A stretch of 36,919 nucleotides of DNA from an uncultured Eubacteriales bacterium (GCA_900315015.1 OMXJ01000030.1:1-36919); one strand, 5' to 3'; positions 7,193-18,320 are shown, counted from the stretch's first letter. The notes: a model not told the origin generated them from the sequence alone. Numbers and translations are program-made.

Positions 7193-8179
7193 ATGGAATT
7201 ATTTTCTGAGATTTATGGCTGCTATTACCAGGTATTAAGAAGCATTTTAAATAAGGCTTATAGAAACGGTTTTATCAGCAAAGAGGAAATTCTAGATGAA
7301 ATAAAAGCAAAGGCCTTTGCAGAAAGCATCATTACCATCCCTGACAGGCTTGAGAGCGGAAGCTGGGGAATTCTTCAGAAAAAGGATGGGGGTTATGTAA
7401 ATGGGCTTGACGGAGAAATAAAGACTCCTATATCCTCTCTTTTAAAAGCTTATCTAAAGACTATCATCTTAGATCCTAAGATAAGCCTGTTTCTAGATGA
7501 TTCAGAAATAAATGAGCTAAAGCTTCTCTTAAAGGATGCAGAGCCTATCTGGAGCAAAGAGAGCATCAGATATATCGACAGGTTCGAGATGGGAGATTCC
7601 TTCGAGAATGAAGCCTATAGGGCTAATTTTAGAATGCTCCTTAAGGCCTGTAAAGAAAAAAAGGTAGTAAAAATTGAGTATAAGTCTACAAAGGGCAAAA
7701 GTACAATTAGATCCTATCTTCCTGGAAAAATCGAGTATTCTGAGAAGAATGATAGAATGAGGCTCTATGTTTTAAATCACTTTAATGGCAATAGTAAAAA
7801 AGATGTGGATTATGAGACCTTAAATCTTCAAAATGTGGTATCTGTAGAGTTATCTGACGACCAGGTTACTGAAGAGGTAAAGAAAATCGATATAAATGAG
7901 ATAATTGAAAGGTCTTATTGTAAGGAGCCTGTAAGGATTCTTATCAGAAATGAGAGAAATGCCATGGAAAGGGCTATGCTCCACTTTGCCAATTATGCCA
8001 AAAATACCACCAAAATCGATGATAATACTTATGAATGCCTCATTAAATATAATAAAAGCATTGAGACAGAGCTTTTAATCGAAGTCATGTCCTTTGGCCC
8101 TCTGATAAGGGTGACAGGAAATGAATGTTTCCTTGCCCAGCTAAAGGAAAGACTTGCGAAGCAGAAGCTTTTGTGGTAG
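7193..8179 (+). CDS. Second WYL-domain regulator, a paralogous partner of the upstream gene
   Basis: WYL-like core VVKIEYKSTKGKSTIRSYLPGKIEYSEKNDRMRLYVLNHFNG...LNLQNV. WCX-like C-terminus LLIEVMSFGPLIRVTGNE. It lies 53 bp downstream of the first WYL gene on the same strand. RBS GAGG. Confidence 0.6.
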   Translation: MELFSEIYGCYYQVLRSILNKAYRNGFISKEEILDEIKAKAFAESIITIPDRLESGSWGILQKKDGGYVNGLDGEIKTPISSLLKAYLKTIILDPKISLFLDDSEINELKLLLKDAEPIWSKESIRYIDRFEMGDSFENEAYRANFRMLLKACKEKKVVKIEYKSTKGKSTIRSYLPGKIEYSEKNDRMRLYVLNHFNGNSKKDVDYETLNLQNVVSVELSDDQVTEEVKKIDINEIIERSYCKEPVRILIRNERNAMERAMLHFANYAKNTTKIDDNTYECLIKYNKSIETELLIEVMSFGPLIRVTGNECFLAQLKERLAKQKLLW

Positions 8180-8266
8180 AATAAAGGTTAGTGTTTTATT
8201 AAAATGCCGTTATTATATTTTCAGTTAGTAACGCTAAAAAACAATAGTTGGAAAAAGGGGTAATAA

Positions 8267-10216
8267 ATGGCTGAAAAGTACGATGGAAGTTCGATTGTAG
8301 TCCTTAAAGGACTCGAAGCGGTAAGAATGCGTCCGGGCATGTATATTGGCTCGACCGGTAGCCGCGGACTTCACCACTTGATATGGGAAATTCTTGATAA
8401 TGCAATTGATGAGCATCTCGCCGGGTTCTGTACTCACATCGATGTCACTCTTAGAAAGGATGGCGGTGTGACAGTAAAGGACAATGGTAGAGGTGTTCCT
8501 TGTGATCTGCATCCTACTGAACACATTCCTACGGAACGTGTTGTCTATACTATGCTTCATGCAGGTGGAAAATTTAATAATAATGTATATAAGGTTTCTG
8601 GAGGACTTCATGGCGTAGGTTCTTCAGTTGTTAATGCGCTCTCTTCCCGTATGTACGTTGAAATTAAAAGAGATGGGAAGATATATAGGGATGAATTTGC
8701 AGATGGCGGAAAGCCTGTTGTAAAGCTTGTTAAGGGTCAGCTTGAGCCATCTGGCAGTTGTGCTAAGAAGGATACCGGTACTACGGTCACCTTTTACCCT
8801 GATGCTTCAATTTTTGAAACTACCACCTTCAAGGCCGAGGTAGTTGAAAAGCATTTAAGAGAGACAGCTTATCTAAATAAGGGCTTAGAGCTCTGTTTTA
8901 AGGATGAGCGCACGGGAGCTGAGCATATGTTCTGTGAAAAAGAAGGTATTAAAGCCTATGTTCAGCACATTACAAGTTCTCTTACTCCTTTAGGCGAGGC
9001 GGCTTATATTGAGGGCAGCTCAGAGTCAGCGGCAGGAAATGGAAGCATGATAGAGGTTGAAATTGCCTTCCAGTATACCTCCGATTCTTCAGAAAATATC
9101 AATTCCTATTGTAACGGCATAAATGTTGTAGACGGCGGAACTCTTGTTACGGGTTTTAAAACAGCTCTTACCAGAATTATCAATCAGTATGCAAGAGAGC
9201 TCGGCTATCTTAAGGAAAAGGATTCAAATCTTGATGGTCAGGATATCAGATCTGGTCTTACTGCCATCATTTCCATAAAACATCCAAATCCTCAGTTCGA
9301 GGGACAGACCAAGACAAAGCTTGGCAATACTGATGCAAAGGTCGCTGTAGATGATGTTTTTGCTGCAGAGGCGACCAGATATTTTGATAAGCATGTTGAG
9401 TATCTTAAGGCTGTAATTGAAAATTCCATGCGCTCTTATACTGCAAGATGTGCAGGTGATAAGGCTAGAAATGCTGCTCTAAAGAGCATTTCTGATAAGG
9501 ATTTTAAGAGCAAGCTTGCTGCCTGCTCATCAAGAAAGCCTAGTGAGTGTGAAATCTATATCGTAGAGGGTGATTCTGCCGGCGGCACCGTTAAAACGGC
9601 TCGTGATAGAAAAACTCAGGCAGTGCTTCCTCTTAGAGGTAAGATCTTAAATGTTGAGAAGGCGCCTCTTGAAAAGATACTTCAGAATAATGAAATAAAG
9701 AGCATGATCGCGGCCTTTGGCTGCGGCATTGACAGAGAGTTTGACATTACAAAGCTAAGATATGATAAAATCATCATTCTTACTGATGCCGATGTCGATG
9801 GAGCGCATATTTCTACGCTTCTTCTTACCTTCTTCTATAGGTTCATGCCGGAGCTTATTAAAGAAGGCAAGGTGTTCAGAGGTTTACCACCTCTTTATAG
9901 AGTTGATTATGAGCAGCAGGTAAAGGGCAAGAAAAAGAAGGTTTCTGAGTATCTCTTCGATGATTTTGCTCTTGAGCGCTTCAGAAAGACTGGTAAGAAA
10001 ATCGTGGGGCTTCAGCGTTATAAGGGTCTTGGTGAAATGGATGCAGAGCAGCTCTGGGAGACGACTTTAGATCCTGAAAATAGAAATATTGCTCAGGTCA
10101 CTATCCAGGATACCGTTGAAGCGGGCGAGGTGACAACTCTTCTTATGGGCAGCGAGGTTGCGCCAAGAAGAGAGTTTATCGTTAAAGAAGCTAAATATGC
10201 TAATCTTGACGTTTAA
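8267..10216 (+). CDS. parE: Type IIA topoisomerase B subunit, ParE-like (topoisomerase IV subunit B)
   Basis: GHKL ATPase N-terminus (LEAVRMRPGMYIGST, GLHHLIWEILDNAIDE), QTK loop (QFEGQTKTKLGN), Toprim (EIYIVEGDSAGG, DADVDGAHI), PPLYRV. Residues at diagnostic positions resemble ParE more than GyrB (GGKPV, KVFRGLPPLY). Confidence 0.85.
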   Translation: MAEKYDGSSIVVLKGLEAVRMRPGMYIGSTGSRGLHHLIWEILDNAIDEHLAGFCTHIDVTLRKDGGVTVKDNGRGVPCDLHPTEHIPTERVVYTMLHAGGKFNNNVYKVSGGLHGVGSSVVNALSSRMYVEIKRDGKIYRDEFADGGKPVVKLVKGQLEPSGSCAKKDTGTTVTFYPDASIFETTTFKAEVVEKHLRETAYLNKGLELCFKDERTGAEHMFCEKEGIKAYVQHITSSLTPLGEAAYIEGSSESAAGNGSMIEVEIAFQYTSDSSENINSYCNGINVVDGGTLVTGFKTALTRIINQYARELGYLKEKDSNLDGQDIRSGLTAIISIKHPNPQFEGQTKTKLGNTDAKVAVDDVFAAEATRYFDKHVEYLKAVIENSMRSYTARCAGDKARNAALKSISDKDFKSKLAACSSRKPSECEIYIVEGDSAGGTVKTARDRKTQAVLPLRGKILNVEKAPLEKILQNNEIKSMIAAFGCGIDREFDITKLRYDKIIILTDADVDGAHISTLLLTFFYRFMPELIKEGKVFRGLPPLYRVDYEQQVKGKKKKVSEYLFDDFALERFRKTGKKIVGLQRYKGLGEMDAEQLWETTLDPENRNIAQVTIQDTVEAGEVTTLLMGSEVAPRREFIVKEAKYANLDV

Positions 10217-10244
10217 AAAATAGAAATTAAGGCAGGTTATAAAA

Positions 10245-12653
10245 ATGGCAAAGAACGGAGAAACCGTTAAGCAGATAGAATTTTCAGAGGAAATGAAGAA
10301 TTCTTACCGTGATTATGCTATGAGCGTAATCATAGATAGAGCTCTTCCTGATGTAAGGGATGGTCTTAAGCCGGTTCAGAGAAGAATTCTCTATGCAATG
10401 CATCAGCTTGGGCTTAATCCTAATAGTCCTCATAGAAAGAGTGCTCGTATCGTCGGTGATACAATGGGTAAGTACCATCCTCATGGTGACAGCTCAATTT
10501 ATGAAGCACTGGTTCATATGAGTCAGGATTTCGTAATGCAGATCCCTTTTGTAGATGGTCATGGTAACTTTGGTTCAATCGATGGCGATTCAGCCGCTGC
10601 AATGCGTTACACTGAGGCCAGATTATCCATAGGAGCAAAGAGCAGCCTTGAGCATTTAGATGATGGGCTTGTCGATTTTATTCCGAACTTTGATGAGAGT
10701 GAAAAGGAGCCTGTTGTGCTTCCTGCAACTCTTCCTAACCTTCTCATAAATGGTACTACCGGTATTGCAGTAGGTATGTCTACCAACATGCCATCTCATA
10801 ACCCTGGTGAGGTGCTTGATGCCTGTGCAGCCTTCCTTGACAATCCATATATGTCACTTGATGAGCTGATGCAGTATATTCCAGGTCCTGATTTTCCTAC
10901 AGGCGGCATCATCATAAATCCTGAGGAAATTGAAAATATCTATCAGACAGGTGAGGGTAAGCTAAGGCTCCGCGCAAAGGCTCATATCGAGAGCGGTGAA
11001 TATGGTAAGAATAATATCATTGTTACTGAAATTCCTTACACCATGTCTGGTAATAAGCAAAAGCTCTTTGAGGAAATCGTAGATCTTATGCAAAATAAGG
11101 TCTTTGATGAAATCTCAGATGTGCGCGATGAGTCCTCAAAGGAAGGAATAAGAATTGTCATTGAGGTAAAAAAGGATAGAGATGCTTCAAATCTCCTTAA
11201 TGGTCTTTTTAAGAAGACAGATCTTGAGGCGACCTTTGGTGTTACCATGCTTGCTGTTAAGGATAAGCAGCCGGTTACTTTCTCACTATATTCTCTTATT
11301 TCAGAGTTCGTAGCCTTCCAGGAGGAAATCTATACCAAAGAATATCAGCATCTTTTAAATAAGGCAAATAACCGTCTTGAAATTGTGGATGGACTTTTAA
11401 AGGCAGCTGATGTAATCGACGTAATCGTTGAGATGCTAAGGGGCTGTGAAAATAAGGCTCAGGCTAAGGACTGCCTTGTTAATGGTAATATAGCAAATAT
11501 TTCCTTTAAGACTCCTGCCTTTACTAAAATTGCAGAGAAGTTCTGCTTTACTGAAAATCAGGCAGATGCTATCCTTGCAATGCAGCTTGTTCGTCTTATC
11601 GGCCTTGAAATTAATATGCTTATGAATGAAAAGGATACTCTTTTAAAGAATATCGATGAGTTCAATAAGATTCTTGGAAGTAAGAGAGAGCTTCATAAGG
11701 TAATTAAAAAGAAACTCCTTGAATATAGAAAGCTTTTTGACATGCCTAGAAAGACTACCATTGAGGCCATGTCATCTGTTGATTATAAGGTAGAGGTAAA
11801 GGAAGAGGATCTCTTTGTTATGATAGATCGCTTCGGCTATGCTAAAACGCTTGATGAGCAGTCCTTTGTTAAGGGCTTTGGCGATGAGGTTTCAGCATAT
11901 GTTGAGGAAATGAAAAAGAATCTTCCTGGCTTTGACTTAAAGGTGGCTGAAAATCCTAATGGAAGTGAGAGTAGGGAACCTGGTGAGGAGCAAGATGCAG
12001 GAGGAAATAAGCTTAAGCCTTCGGATTGTCCGCAGAGGATGATTCTTGGCGATAATGTTACTGTTTTAAAGCTCTCTAATACCGATGATCTTTGCTTCTT
12101 TACTGCTGAAGGTAATATGTTCAGGATAAAGCTTGATAAGATTCCTAAGGGAAAGCCTAAGGATAAGGGTACTCTTCTTCACAACTTAAGTAAGCTTGGT
12201 GATGAGACTCCTATATTCTATATCGGCTTTAATGAATTGTTTGATAATTCGCTTCTTTTTATTACTAAGAAGGGCTTTATAAGAAGAGTTTCTGGTGTTG
12301 ATTTTGATGCTTCAAGACAGATGATCGCAGCAGCGAAGCTCGATAAGGATGATGAAGTTGTTCAGATATGCATTATTACCCCAATGCAGGCCATTGCAGG
12401 TGATGATAAGGTAATTATCATTACAAAGACAGGAATTTCACTCAAGTTCCTCTTAGAGGAGGTTCCTGAAATGAAGAAGACCGGAAGGGGTGTTAAGGCA
12501 ATTACCTTAAATGAAAAGGATTATGTCGAGTTCCTTACAGTTGTAAATGATTTTCAGCAGACCTTTAAATATAATAATAAGACCTGCAGCGTTTCTAAGA
12601 TAAACCTTCAAAAGCGTGCAGGAAAGGGCCGTAAGGCTAGCATTTATATTTAA
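10245..12653 (+). CDS. parC: Type IIA topoisomerase A subunit, ParC-like (topoisomerase IV subunit A)
   Basis: Active-site region [10 protein letters not shown] with the catalytic Tyr. It follows parE directly. The C-terminal beta-pinwheel has no GyrA-box (no QRRGGKG). A G/E-rich insertion sits at ~residues 560-600. Confidence 0.8.
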   Translation: MAKNGETVKQIEFSEEMKNSYRDYAMSVIIDRALPDVRDGLKPVQRRILYAMHQLGLNPNSPHRKSARIVGDTMGKYHPHGDSSIYEALVHMSQDFVMQIPFVDGHGNFGSIDGDSAAAMRYTEARLSIGAKSSLEHLDDGLVDFIPNFDESEKEPVVLPATLPNLLINGTTGIAVGMSTNMPSHNPGEVLDACAAFLDNPYMSLDELMQYIPGPDFPTGGIIINPEEIENIYQTGEGKLRLRAKAHIESGEYGKNNIIVTEIPYTMSGNKQKLFEEIVDLMQNKVFDEISDVRDESSKEGIRIVIEVKKDRDASNLLNGLFKKTDLEATFGVTMLAVKDKQPVTFSLYSLISEFVAFQEEIYTKEYQHLLNKANNRLEIVDGLLKAADVIDVIVEMLRGCENKAQAKDCLVNGNIANISFKTPAFTKIAEKFCFTENQADAILAMQLVRLIGLEINMLMNEKDTLLKNIDEFNKILGSKRELHKVIKKKLLEYRKLFDMPRKTTIEAMSSVDYKVEVKEEDLFVMIDRFGYAKTLDEQSFVKGFGDEVSAYVEEMKKNLPGFDLKVAENPNGSESREPGEEQDAGGNKLKPSDCPQRMILGDNVTVLKLSNTDDLCFFTAEGNMFRIKLDKIPKGKPKDKGTLLHNLSKLGDETPIFYIGFNELFDNSLLFITKKGFIRRVSGVDFDASRQMIAAAKLDKDDEVVQICIITPMQAIAGDDKVIIITKTGISLKFLLEEVPEMKKTGRGVKAITLNEKDYVEFLTVVNDFQQTFKYNNKTCSVSKINLQKRAGKGRKASIYI

Positions 12654-12711
12654 TCATATTTGAATTTAAATAAATTTTTAAATCGGTGTGTATAGTTTAT
12701 TAGGAGAAAAA

Positions 12712-15700
12712 ATGAACGTTAGTATAGTAATACCTGTGTATAATGTTGAAAAATACCTTGCAAGATGCCTTGATTCGTGCATAAGTCAGACGATGAAGGA
12801 TGGCGTAGAGGTAATCTGTATAAATGATGGAAGTACCGATTCATCTCCTGGTATTTTAAAGGAGTATGAGGAAAAGTATCCTGATTTTATCCGCGTTTAC
12901 ACAATAAAGAATGATGGCGTAAGCCATGCAAGAAATTTTGGTGTCGAAAAGGCATCAGGAGATTACATACTTTTTGCAGACAGTGACGACTTTCTTGAGC
13001 CGGACGTTGTAGAAAAGCTTTATACTAAGGCCATGGCAGATGGAAGTGATGTTGTTATCTGCAGATACTACGATGTTCGTGAAAAGAACCTTACTGGTAC
13101 CATTATCCGTACTGAAAGCAAGGTTTATGCGACAAAGTACGAGGATAATTTTGATATTAATGAGTATAAGTTCGAGCTTACTCATATTTCACCTTTCCCT
13201 TGGGATAAGCTTTATAAAAGAGAGCTTATTTTAAAGTATCCTTTCCCTGAGGGCATCCGTTTTGAGGATCTTTCCATCATGTATCCTATGATGCTCTCGG
13301 CTAAGAGAATTGGAGTATTAAAGGACAGGCTTTATAATTACAGAAGAGCTTCTACTGGAAGCTTTCTAAATACCTTCTCAGAGGGGACTCTTGATATTGT
13401 TAAGTCTTTAAAGAATTTAGTTGATAGAACAAAGGCTGATGGGCATTTTGAGTCCTTTAAGGAGGAAATTGAGTATATCTGCATAAGGCACATCCTTGTG
13501 CGTTTTGATGTAATGTTCAATTTTAAGGGCAAGAATAATGCCCTTAGTGAAAATAATAGAGGTAATCTTCCTCTAAAAGAGAAGATGATAGATGTCTGCA
13601 TGGATTTTCTTGAGGGTGAATTCCCTGATTGGAGAGAAAATAGATATCTTAAGTATTCTTCTTCAGCTAAGACAAAGCGTCTTCTTCCTTTCTATGAAAG
13701 CAAGCAGAAGATGTTGAAATTTGTAAGAAGAGCTGAAAAGACACCTCTTTGGATGCTGAAAAAGCGTGCAAGACTTATTGCTAAGAGAAAGAGGATGAAG
13801 AGAAAATGGAAGGAGTTCTGGGCTAGAAAGCATAAATGGCAGTATATTACTACTCATTGGAGCTTCTTTAAGATCTTCAACCGTCCTAGGGATGTTGAAT
13901 ATACCAAGTATTATCTAAAGCTCCCTATCCTTAAGAATACCGTGCTTTTTGAATCTAAGCATGGTCAGGACGTTGCCGGAAATATGTTCTATATGATGAA
14001 GGCAATGGATGCTGCAAGACTTAAGGAATATGCTGATTTTAAGATCTACATTCCGCTTTCAGATGCAGATGGCTTTCAGGAGCATTATGACAATTGGTTC
14101 AAGAGCAATGGAATGAAGAATATCAATATCATTACCATTGATTCTAAGGAATATCTCATGCTTTTAGCTCAGGCCGAGTATCTTTTGACTGATACCTCCT
14201 TCCCTAGCTATTACATCAAGAAGGAAGGACAGCATGTTCTCAATACCTGGCATGGTACTCCGTTAAAGGCAATGGGAAGAGTTGTTCCGCAACGTGAATA
14301 TGCGCTAGGTAATGTTCAGAGGAATTTCATGCTCTCTGATGTGCTTTTATATCAGAACCGTTTTTCAATGAATTCCTTTATTGATGATTATATGCTGCGT
14401 CACACCTACAAGGGAAAGATACTTCTTTCAGGCTATCCTAGAAACAGCGCCTTCTTTAATTATGAGCGTTATGATGAAATAAGAGAGGAGCTTGAAATTT
14501 CAGATAAGCAGGTATTTGCTTACATGCCTACCTGGAGAGGGCTTTTGAATAAAAAGCAGAATAAGCAGCAGATTGCAGAAATTGCGCAATATTTATATAA
14601 AATTGATGAGGCTCTAAATGATGATCAGATTTTCTATGTAAAGCTTCATCCGTTTGTTAAGCAGGGAATTTCCTATGATGATTATACTCATATCGAGCCT
14701 TTCCCTGAGCAGTATGAGACCTATGATTTCCTGAACGCTACGGATGTTCTTGTTACTGATTATTCTAGTATCATGTTCGACTATGCGGTTTCAGGTAAGA
14801 AAATCGTGCTTTTCACCTACGATAGGGAGCAGTACCTTAAGGAGCGTGGAATGTACATTGATATCAATAAGCTTGAATTTCCTATTGCGGATGATGTTGA
14901 TACGCTTATTGATGCACTTAATGATGATAGTGCGGCTGAAGAAGCAAGGGCTGCTATTAGCTCTGGTAAGGTGGATTTAAGTGAGTGCAGGGCGGGTGAA
15001 TATCTGCCTGGCAAGTGCCTTTACCCTGAATTTAGAAAGCTTTATTTAAGCCATGATTCAAAAACAACTGCAAGTGATGTCTGCGATTATTTCTTCCTTG
15101 GAAAGGTGCCAGAAAATGCTAGAATAGTTGGCGCTGATTATTCTTACGAGGAAGGAAAGCCTGTTATAGACTATAACGATCTTCATAAAAAGGGCATGGA
15201 GGAGGTTCATGAGGCCGGAGTTGAAAAAGCTTTTGAAAAGGCTTTATCTAGCAGAGTGAATGCTCTTTCATATTCTGAATATGAGATGCCTGTAGAAGAA
15301 GAGGGTGATGGCTTTGTCATTATAAATACTGATGACATGCAGCAGCAGCCAAGAGTTTTCTATTCTTATACCAATGAGGTAAAGGAGGGTGAGGCCCTTG
15401 CTAAAAAGCTTGCAAAGCTAGCTGATGAAGAAGGTGAAGATGGTGATGATAGCGTTTCTGATTCTGATTCAAAGGGTGCTGATAAAAAGAGTGAGGAGAA
15501 TTCTCAGGATAGCGGCGATGAGAGCGCAGCTAATGGTAGTGATCTAGAGGCTGGTGAGGCTGAAGAAGAGCTGGCCTTTGACGGCAGAAAGAGAAATGTC
15601 CTTATTTTCATAAACGGCATAAAGAAGGATAAGGATACTGTCAGAAGGATCCGTAGCTTTAATAAGCTTGATACGACTAAGTATAATTTCTATTTTGCCT

Positions 15701-16233
15701 TTAAGGCTAAGAACGGCCAGGAGGCTACTAGAAGAATCGGTACTATCAGAAAGAAGCTTGATTATATGCCACTTATGTATGATGTTAATTATACCTTTGG
15801 TGGTAGATTTAGCTGTTTCCTTAGCTTTAAGTTAGGCCTTAAGGGAAAGTGGATTGATTCTCAACTTGATAGGCTTGCTGAAATCGAGGGTGCTAAGTAT
15901 TTTGGCGGTACTCATTTTGACATAGTACTTAATTATTCTAATCTGGATAATCTGATTCTTCTTATGTGTCCAAAGCTTGCACCGATTTCAATTTATAATG
16001 CAGCTACCTTTAAGAAGAGTCTTTATGACGGAAAGAAGAGATATAGAAAGAGGATGAATTTTGCTGGAGATCATATCGATAATTATACCTTTGTGACAGG
16101 AAAGAAAGGAGAAATAGAGAACTTCCCTGGCGGCGCAGTTAAGAGTGGGAAGGTAAAGGTATTAGATTCAGAAAGCTATTCTATGAATATTTATAAGACA
16201 ATTGAAAAGGCAAGAAAGGAGGCGCAGGACTAA
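12712..16233 (+). CDS. Bifunctional GT2 glycosyltransferase + CDP-glycerol glycerophosphotransferase (TagF/TagB-like) teichoic-acid synthase, with an acidic linker and an uncharacterised ~190-aa C-terminal domain
   Basis: N-terminal GT-A motifs (VSIVIPVYNVEKYL, INDGSTD, DSDD). Central TagF-like motifs (NTWHGTPLK, YMPTWRG). A poly-acidic linker DEEGEDGDDSVSDSDS...EAGEAEEE. The start is set at ATG 12712 (MNVSIV) with RBS AGGAG; the ORF track starts 24 nt earlier. Confidence 0.75.
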   Translation: MNVSIVIPVYNVEKYLARCLDSCISQTMKDGVEVICINDGSTDSSPGILKEYEEKYPDFIRVYTIKNDGVSHARNFGVEKASGDYILFADSDDFLEPDVVEKLYTKAMADGSDVVICRYYDVREKNLTGTIIRTESKVYATKYEDNFDINEYKFELTHISPFPWDKLYKRELILKYPFPEGIRFEDLSIMYPMMLSAKRIGVLKDRLYNYRRASTGSFLNTFSEGTLDIVKSLKNLVDRTKADGHFESFKEEIEYICIRHILVRFDVMFNFKGKNNALSENNRGNLPLKEKMIDVCMDFLEGEFPDWRENRYLKYSSSAKTKRLLPFYESKQKMLKFVRRAEKTPLWMLKKRARLIAKRKRMKRKWKEFWARKHKWQYITTHWSFFKIFNRPRDVEYTKYYLKLPILKNTVLFESKHGQDVAGNMFYMMKAMDAARLKEYADFKIYIPLSDADGFQEHYDNWFKSNGMKNINIITIDSKEYLMLLAQAEYLLTDTSFPSYYIKKEGQHVLNTWHGTPLKAMGRVVPQREYALGNVQRNFMLSDVLLYQNRFSMNSFIDDYMLRHTYKGKILLSGYPRNSAFFNYERYDEIREELEISDKQVFAYMPTWRGLLNKKQNKQQIAEIAQYLYKIDEALNDDQIFYVKLHPFVKQGISYDDYTHIEPFPEQYETYDFLNATDVLVTDYSSIMFDYAVSGKKIVLFTYDREQYLKERGMYIDINKLEFPIADDVDTLIDALNDDSAAEEARAAISSGKVDLSECRAGEYLPGKCLYPEFRKLYLSHDSKTTASDVCDYFFLGKVPENARIVGADYSYEEGKPVIDYNDLHKKGMEEVHEAGVEKAFEKALSSRVNALSYSEYEMPVEEEGDGFVIINTDDMQQQPRVFYSYTNEVKEGEALAKKLAKLADEEGEDGDDSVSDSDSKGADKKSEENSQDSGDESAANGSDLEAGEAEEELAFDGRKRNVLIFINGIKKDKDTVRRIRSFNKLDTTKYNFYFAFKAKNGQEATRRIGTIRKKLDYMPLMYDVNYTFGGRFSCFLSFKLGLKGKWIDSQLDRLAEIEGAKYFGGTHFDIVLNYSNLDNLILLMCPKLAPISIYNAATFKKSLYDGKKRYRKRMNFAGDHIDNYTFVTGKKGEIENFPGGAVKSGKVKVLDSESYSMNIYKTIEKARKEAQD

Positions 16234-17342
16234 TGAAGGCAGCAGTAGTAACCTTTCATAATGCAATGAATTATGGAGCGACCCTTCAGACCTGGGCACT
16301 CCAGAAGGCCATAAAGAATTTAGGAGCAGATCCGTGTGTAATTAATTATCATACGGATGCCATTGACAGATTGTACCTGCCGGCTAAGGCAGATACCTTT
16401 GAAAAAAAGAAAAAGAAGCTGTTTGATGCTGAGTATAGAAATAATCTAAAGGATCAGGAGCTTAAGTATGATAAGTACCATGCTTTTTTAAATAAGCATC
16501 TTGACATTGTGGGTGACTATACCAGCTATGAAGCTCTAGCCGCAGATGCTAAAAATGAGCTCTCCGGCATAGATGCTTTTATTACGGGAAGCGATCAGGT
16601 GTGGAATACCGACCATACCGGTGGCTATGACGGGGCTTATACTCTTGATTTTGTTAAAAGCGGAAAGAAAATTTCTTATGCTGCATCAATAGGAAGGGAT
16701 TTCTTTCTTCCTCAGTATTCAGAGCAGTTTTCGAATGCGCTTAAGAGTTTTGATGCAATATCAGTCAGAGAAAATGAGGGTGTTGCAGCAGTTGGTGGGG
16801 TGTGTGATAAGAAGGCTGAGGTCGTTCTTGACCCGACTCTTCTGCTTAAGGCAAAGGATTATGATGAAATCTATACTGAAAAGAAGCGCCCTTATAGGTA
16901 TATTCTTGTTTACATGATGGAGACTAATAAGAGCTTTATCTCTCTTGCTAATAGTCTTTCATCAACCACAGGTCTTCCTATAATTCAAAGAAGACAGAAG
17001 CATTTCTTTAAGAATGAGATAGATTCCTTTTATACAGATACACCGGGAGAGTTCTTATCAGAAATAAAGAATGCAGAAATGGTGCTTACCAATTCCTTCC
17101 ATGGAACGGTTTTCTCCATAATGTACAGAAAGCCTTTCATTTCAATGCTTCATACCCAGACAGGAAGCAGAGTTGTGGATCTTTTGACGGGGCTTGGGCT
17201 TGATGAGCATATCATTTACAGACAATCTGATTTTGCAACCATGGATCAGCTAAAGATAAAGGATGAAGCTGCTTTTTCTGCTAGAATTGATGAGCTCTCT
17301 GGAAAATCAAGAGAATTTTTGAAAAAATCACTTGGAGTTTAA
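16233..17342 (+). CDS. Polysaccharide pyruvyl transferase family protein (CsaB-like)
   Basis: The ITGSDQVWN motif typical of the PS_pyruv_trans family; 369 aa. Its start overlaps the upstream stop (taATGa). Confidence 0.7.
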   Translation: MKAAVVTFHNAMNYGATLQTWALQKAIKNLGADPCVINYHTDAIDRLYLPAKADTFEKKKKKLFDAEYRNNLKDQELKYDKYHAFLNKHLDIVGDYTSYEALAADAKNELSGIDAFITGSDQVWNTDHTGGYDGAYTLDFVKSGKKISYAASIGRDFFLPQYSEQFSNALKSFDAISVRENEGVAAVGGVCDKKAEVVLDPTLLLKAKDYDEIYTEKKRPYRYILVYMMETNKSFISLANSLSSTTGLPIIQRRQKHFFKNEIDSFYTDTPGEFLSEIKNAEMVLTNSFHGTVFSIMYRKPFISMLHTQTGSRVVDLLTGLGLDEHIIYRQSDFATMDQLKIKDEAAFSARIDELSGKSREFLKKSLGV

Positions 17343-17351
17343 GGAGGAGGC

Positions 17352-18320
17352 ATGGAAATACTTACGGCGATAGTTCCTTGCTTTAATGAAGAAGCGGTTA
17401 TACCGATGTTCTATGACGAGATAATGCGAGTTGCAGAGCTTATGAAGAATGAAGTCGAGTTCGAGGTCATAATGGTAGATGATGGCTCAAAGGATAAGAC
17501 TTTAGAACTCATAAGGGGCCTTAGGGCTAAGGATAAGAGAATTAAGGTGATTTCCTTCTCTAGGAATTTTGGCAAGGAAGCTGCAATGTATGCTGGGCTT
17601 ACGCATGCGCATGGAGATTATGTGGCTGTAATAGATGCAGATCTTCAGCATCCGCCTGAAATGCTTATTGAGATGCATAAGGCAATTAAGTATGAGGGCT
17701 TTGATTCAGCTTGCGCAAGAAGGAGCACCAGGACAGGTGAAAATCCTGTAAGAGCCTTTCTTTCAAGAACGTTCTATTCCATAATGGGAAAGCTCTCCGG
17801 AATAGAGACTGTTCAGGGCGAGGTGGATTATAGGCTTATGTCAAGGCCTATGGTCGATTCGGTTCTTTCACTTGCAGAAAGAAACAGATTTACAAAAGGA
17901 ATATTCAGCTGGGTAGGCTATAATACCAAGTGGCTTCCTTACGAGAACGTTGAGAGGGCTGCAGGTGAGTCAAAATGGTCCTTCAGAAAGCTGTTTAAAT
18001 ATTCAATGCAGGGAATTACAAGCTTTTCGACCTATCCGTTAGGTTTTGTCACAAAGCTTGGAAGCCTGTTCTGTATTGCGGCCTTTATTATGATAATAGT
18101 TATCGTTGTAAAGACCATTGTGCATGGAGGAGATCCAGTTCCTGGTTATCCATCCCTTGCATGTTTTATATTGTTCATGGGCGGTGTTCAGCTCATGTGC
18201 ATGGGAGTTATCGGCGAATACATAGGAAATATGTATACCGAAATCAAAAGGCGTCCGGTTTACATAGCTAAGATCTGTGAAACTGACGATCCTGATAATG
18301 ATAAAAATAAAAATATGTAA
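17352..18320 (+). CDS. GT2 family polyprenol-phosphate glycosyltransferase (GtrB/CsbB-like) with two C-terminal TM helices
   Basis: IVPCFNEE...VIMVDDGSKDKT...DADLQHPPE DXD-type GT-A fold, plus a hydrophobic C-terminal pair (LGSLFCIAAFIMIIVIVV; LACFILFMGGVQLMCMGVIG). RBS AAGGAGGAGG. Confidence 0.8.
   Translation: MEILTAIVPCFNEEAVIPMFYDEIMRVAELMKNEVEFEVIMVDDGSKDKTLELIRGLRAKDKRIKVISFSRNFGKEAAMYAGLTHAHGDYVAVIDADLQHPPEMLIEMHKAIKYEGFDSACARRSTRTGENPVRAFLSRTFYSIMGKLSGIETVQGEVDYRLMSRPMVDSVLSLAERNRFTKGIFSWVGYNTKWLPYENVERAAGESKWSFRKLFKYSMQGITSFSTYPLGFVTKLGSLFCIAAFIMIIVIVVKTIVHGGDPVPGYPSLACFILFMGGVQLMCMGVIGEYIGNMYTEIKRRPVYIAKICETDDPDNDKNKNM

Noticed and set aside
8267-12653. Calling the topoisomerase pair gyrB/gyrA
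   Set aside because: There is no dnaA/dnaN/recF context. The B subunit matches ParE-specific residues better than GyrB. The A subunit lacks a GyrA-box in its C-terminal domain. Topoisomerase IV (parE/parC) is therefore more likely, though it is not proven without phylogeny.
16735-16917. Small same-strand alternative-frame ORFs (16735-16917, 18662-18847, 19633-19878, 29445-29639, 30936-31268)
   Set aside because: They are embedded out of frame in conserved enzyme genes and show no independent coding signal.
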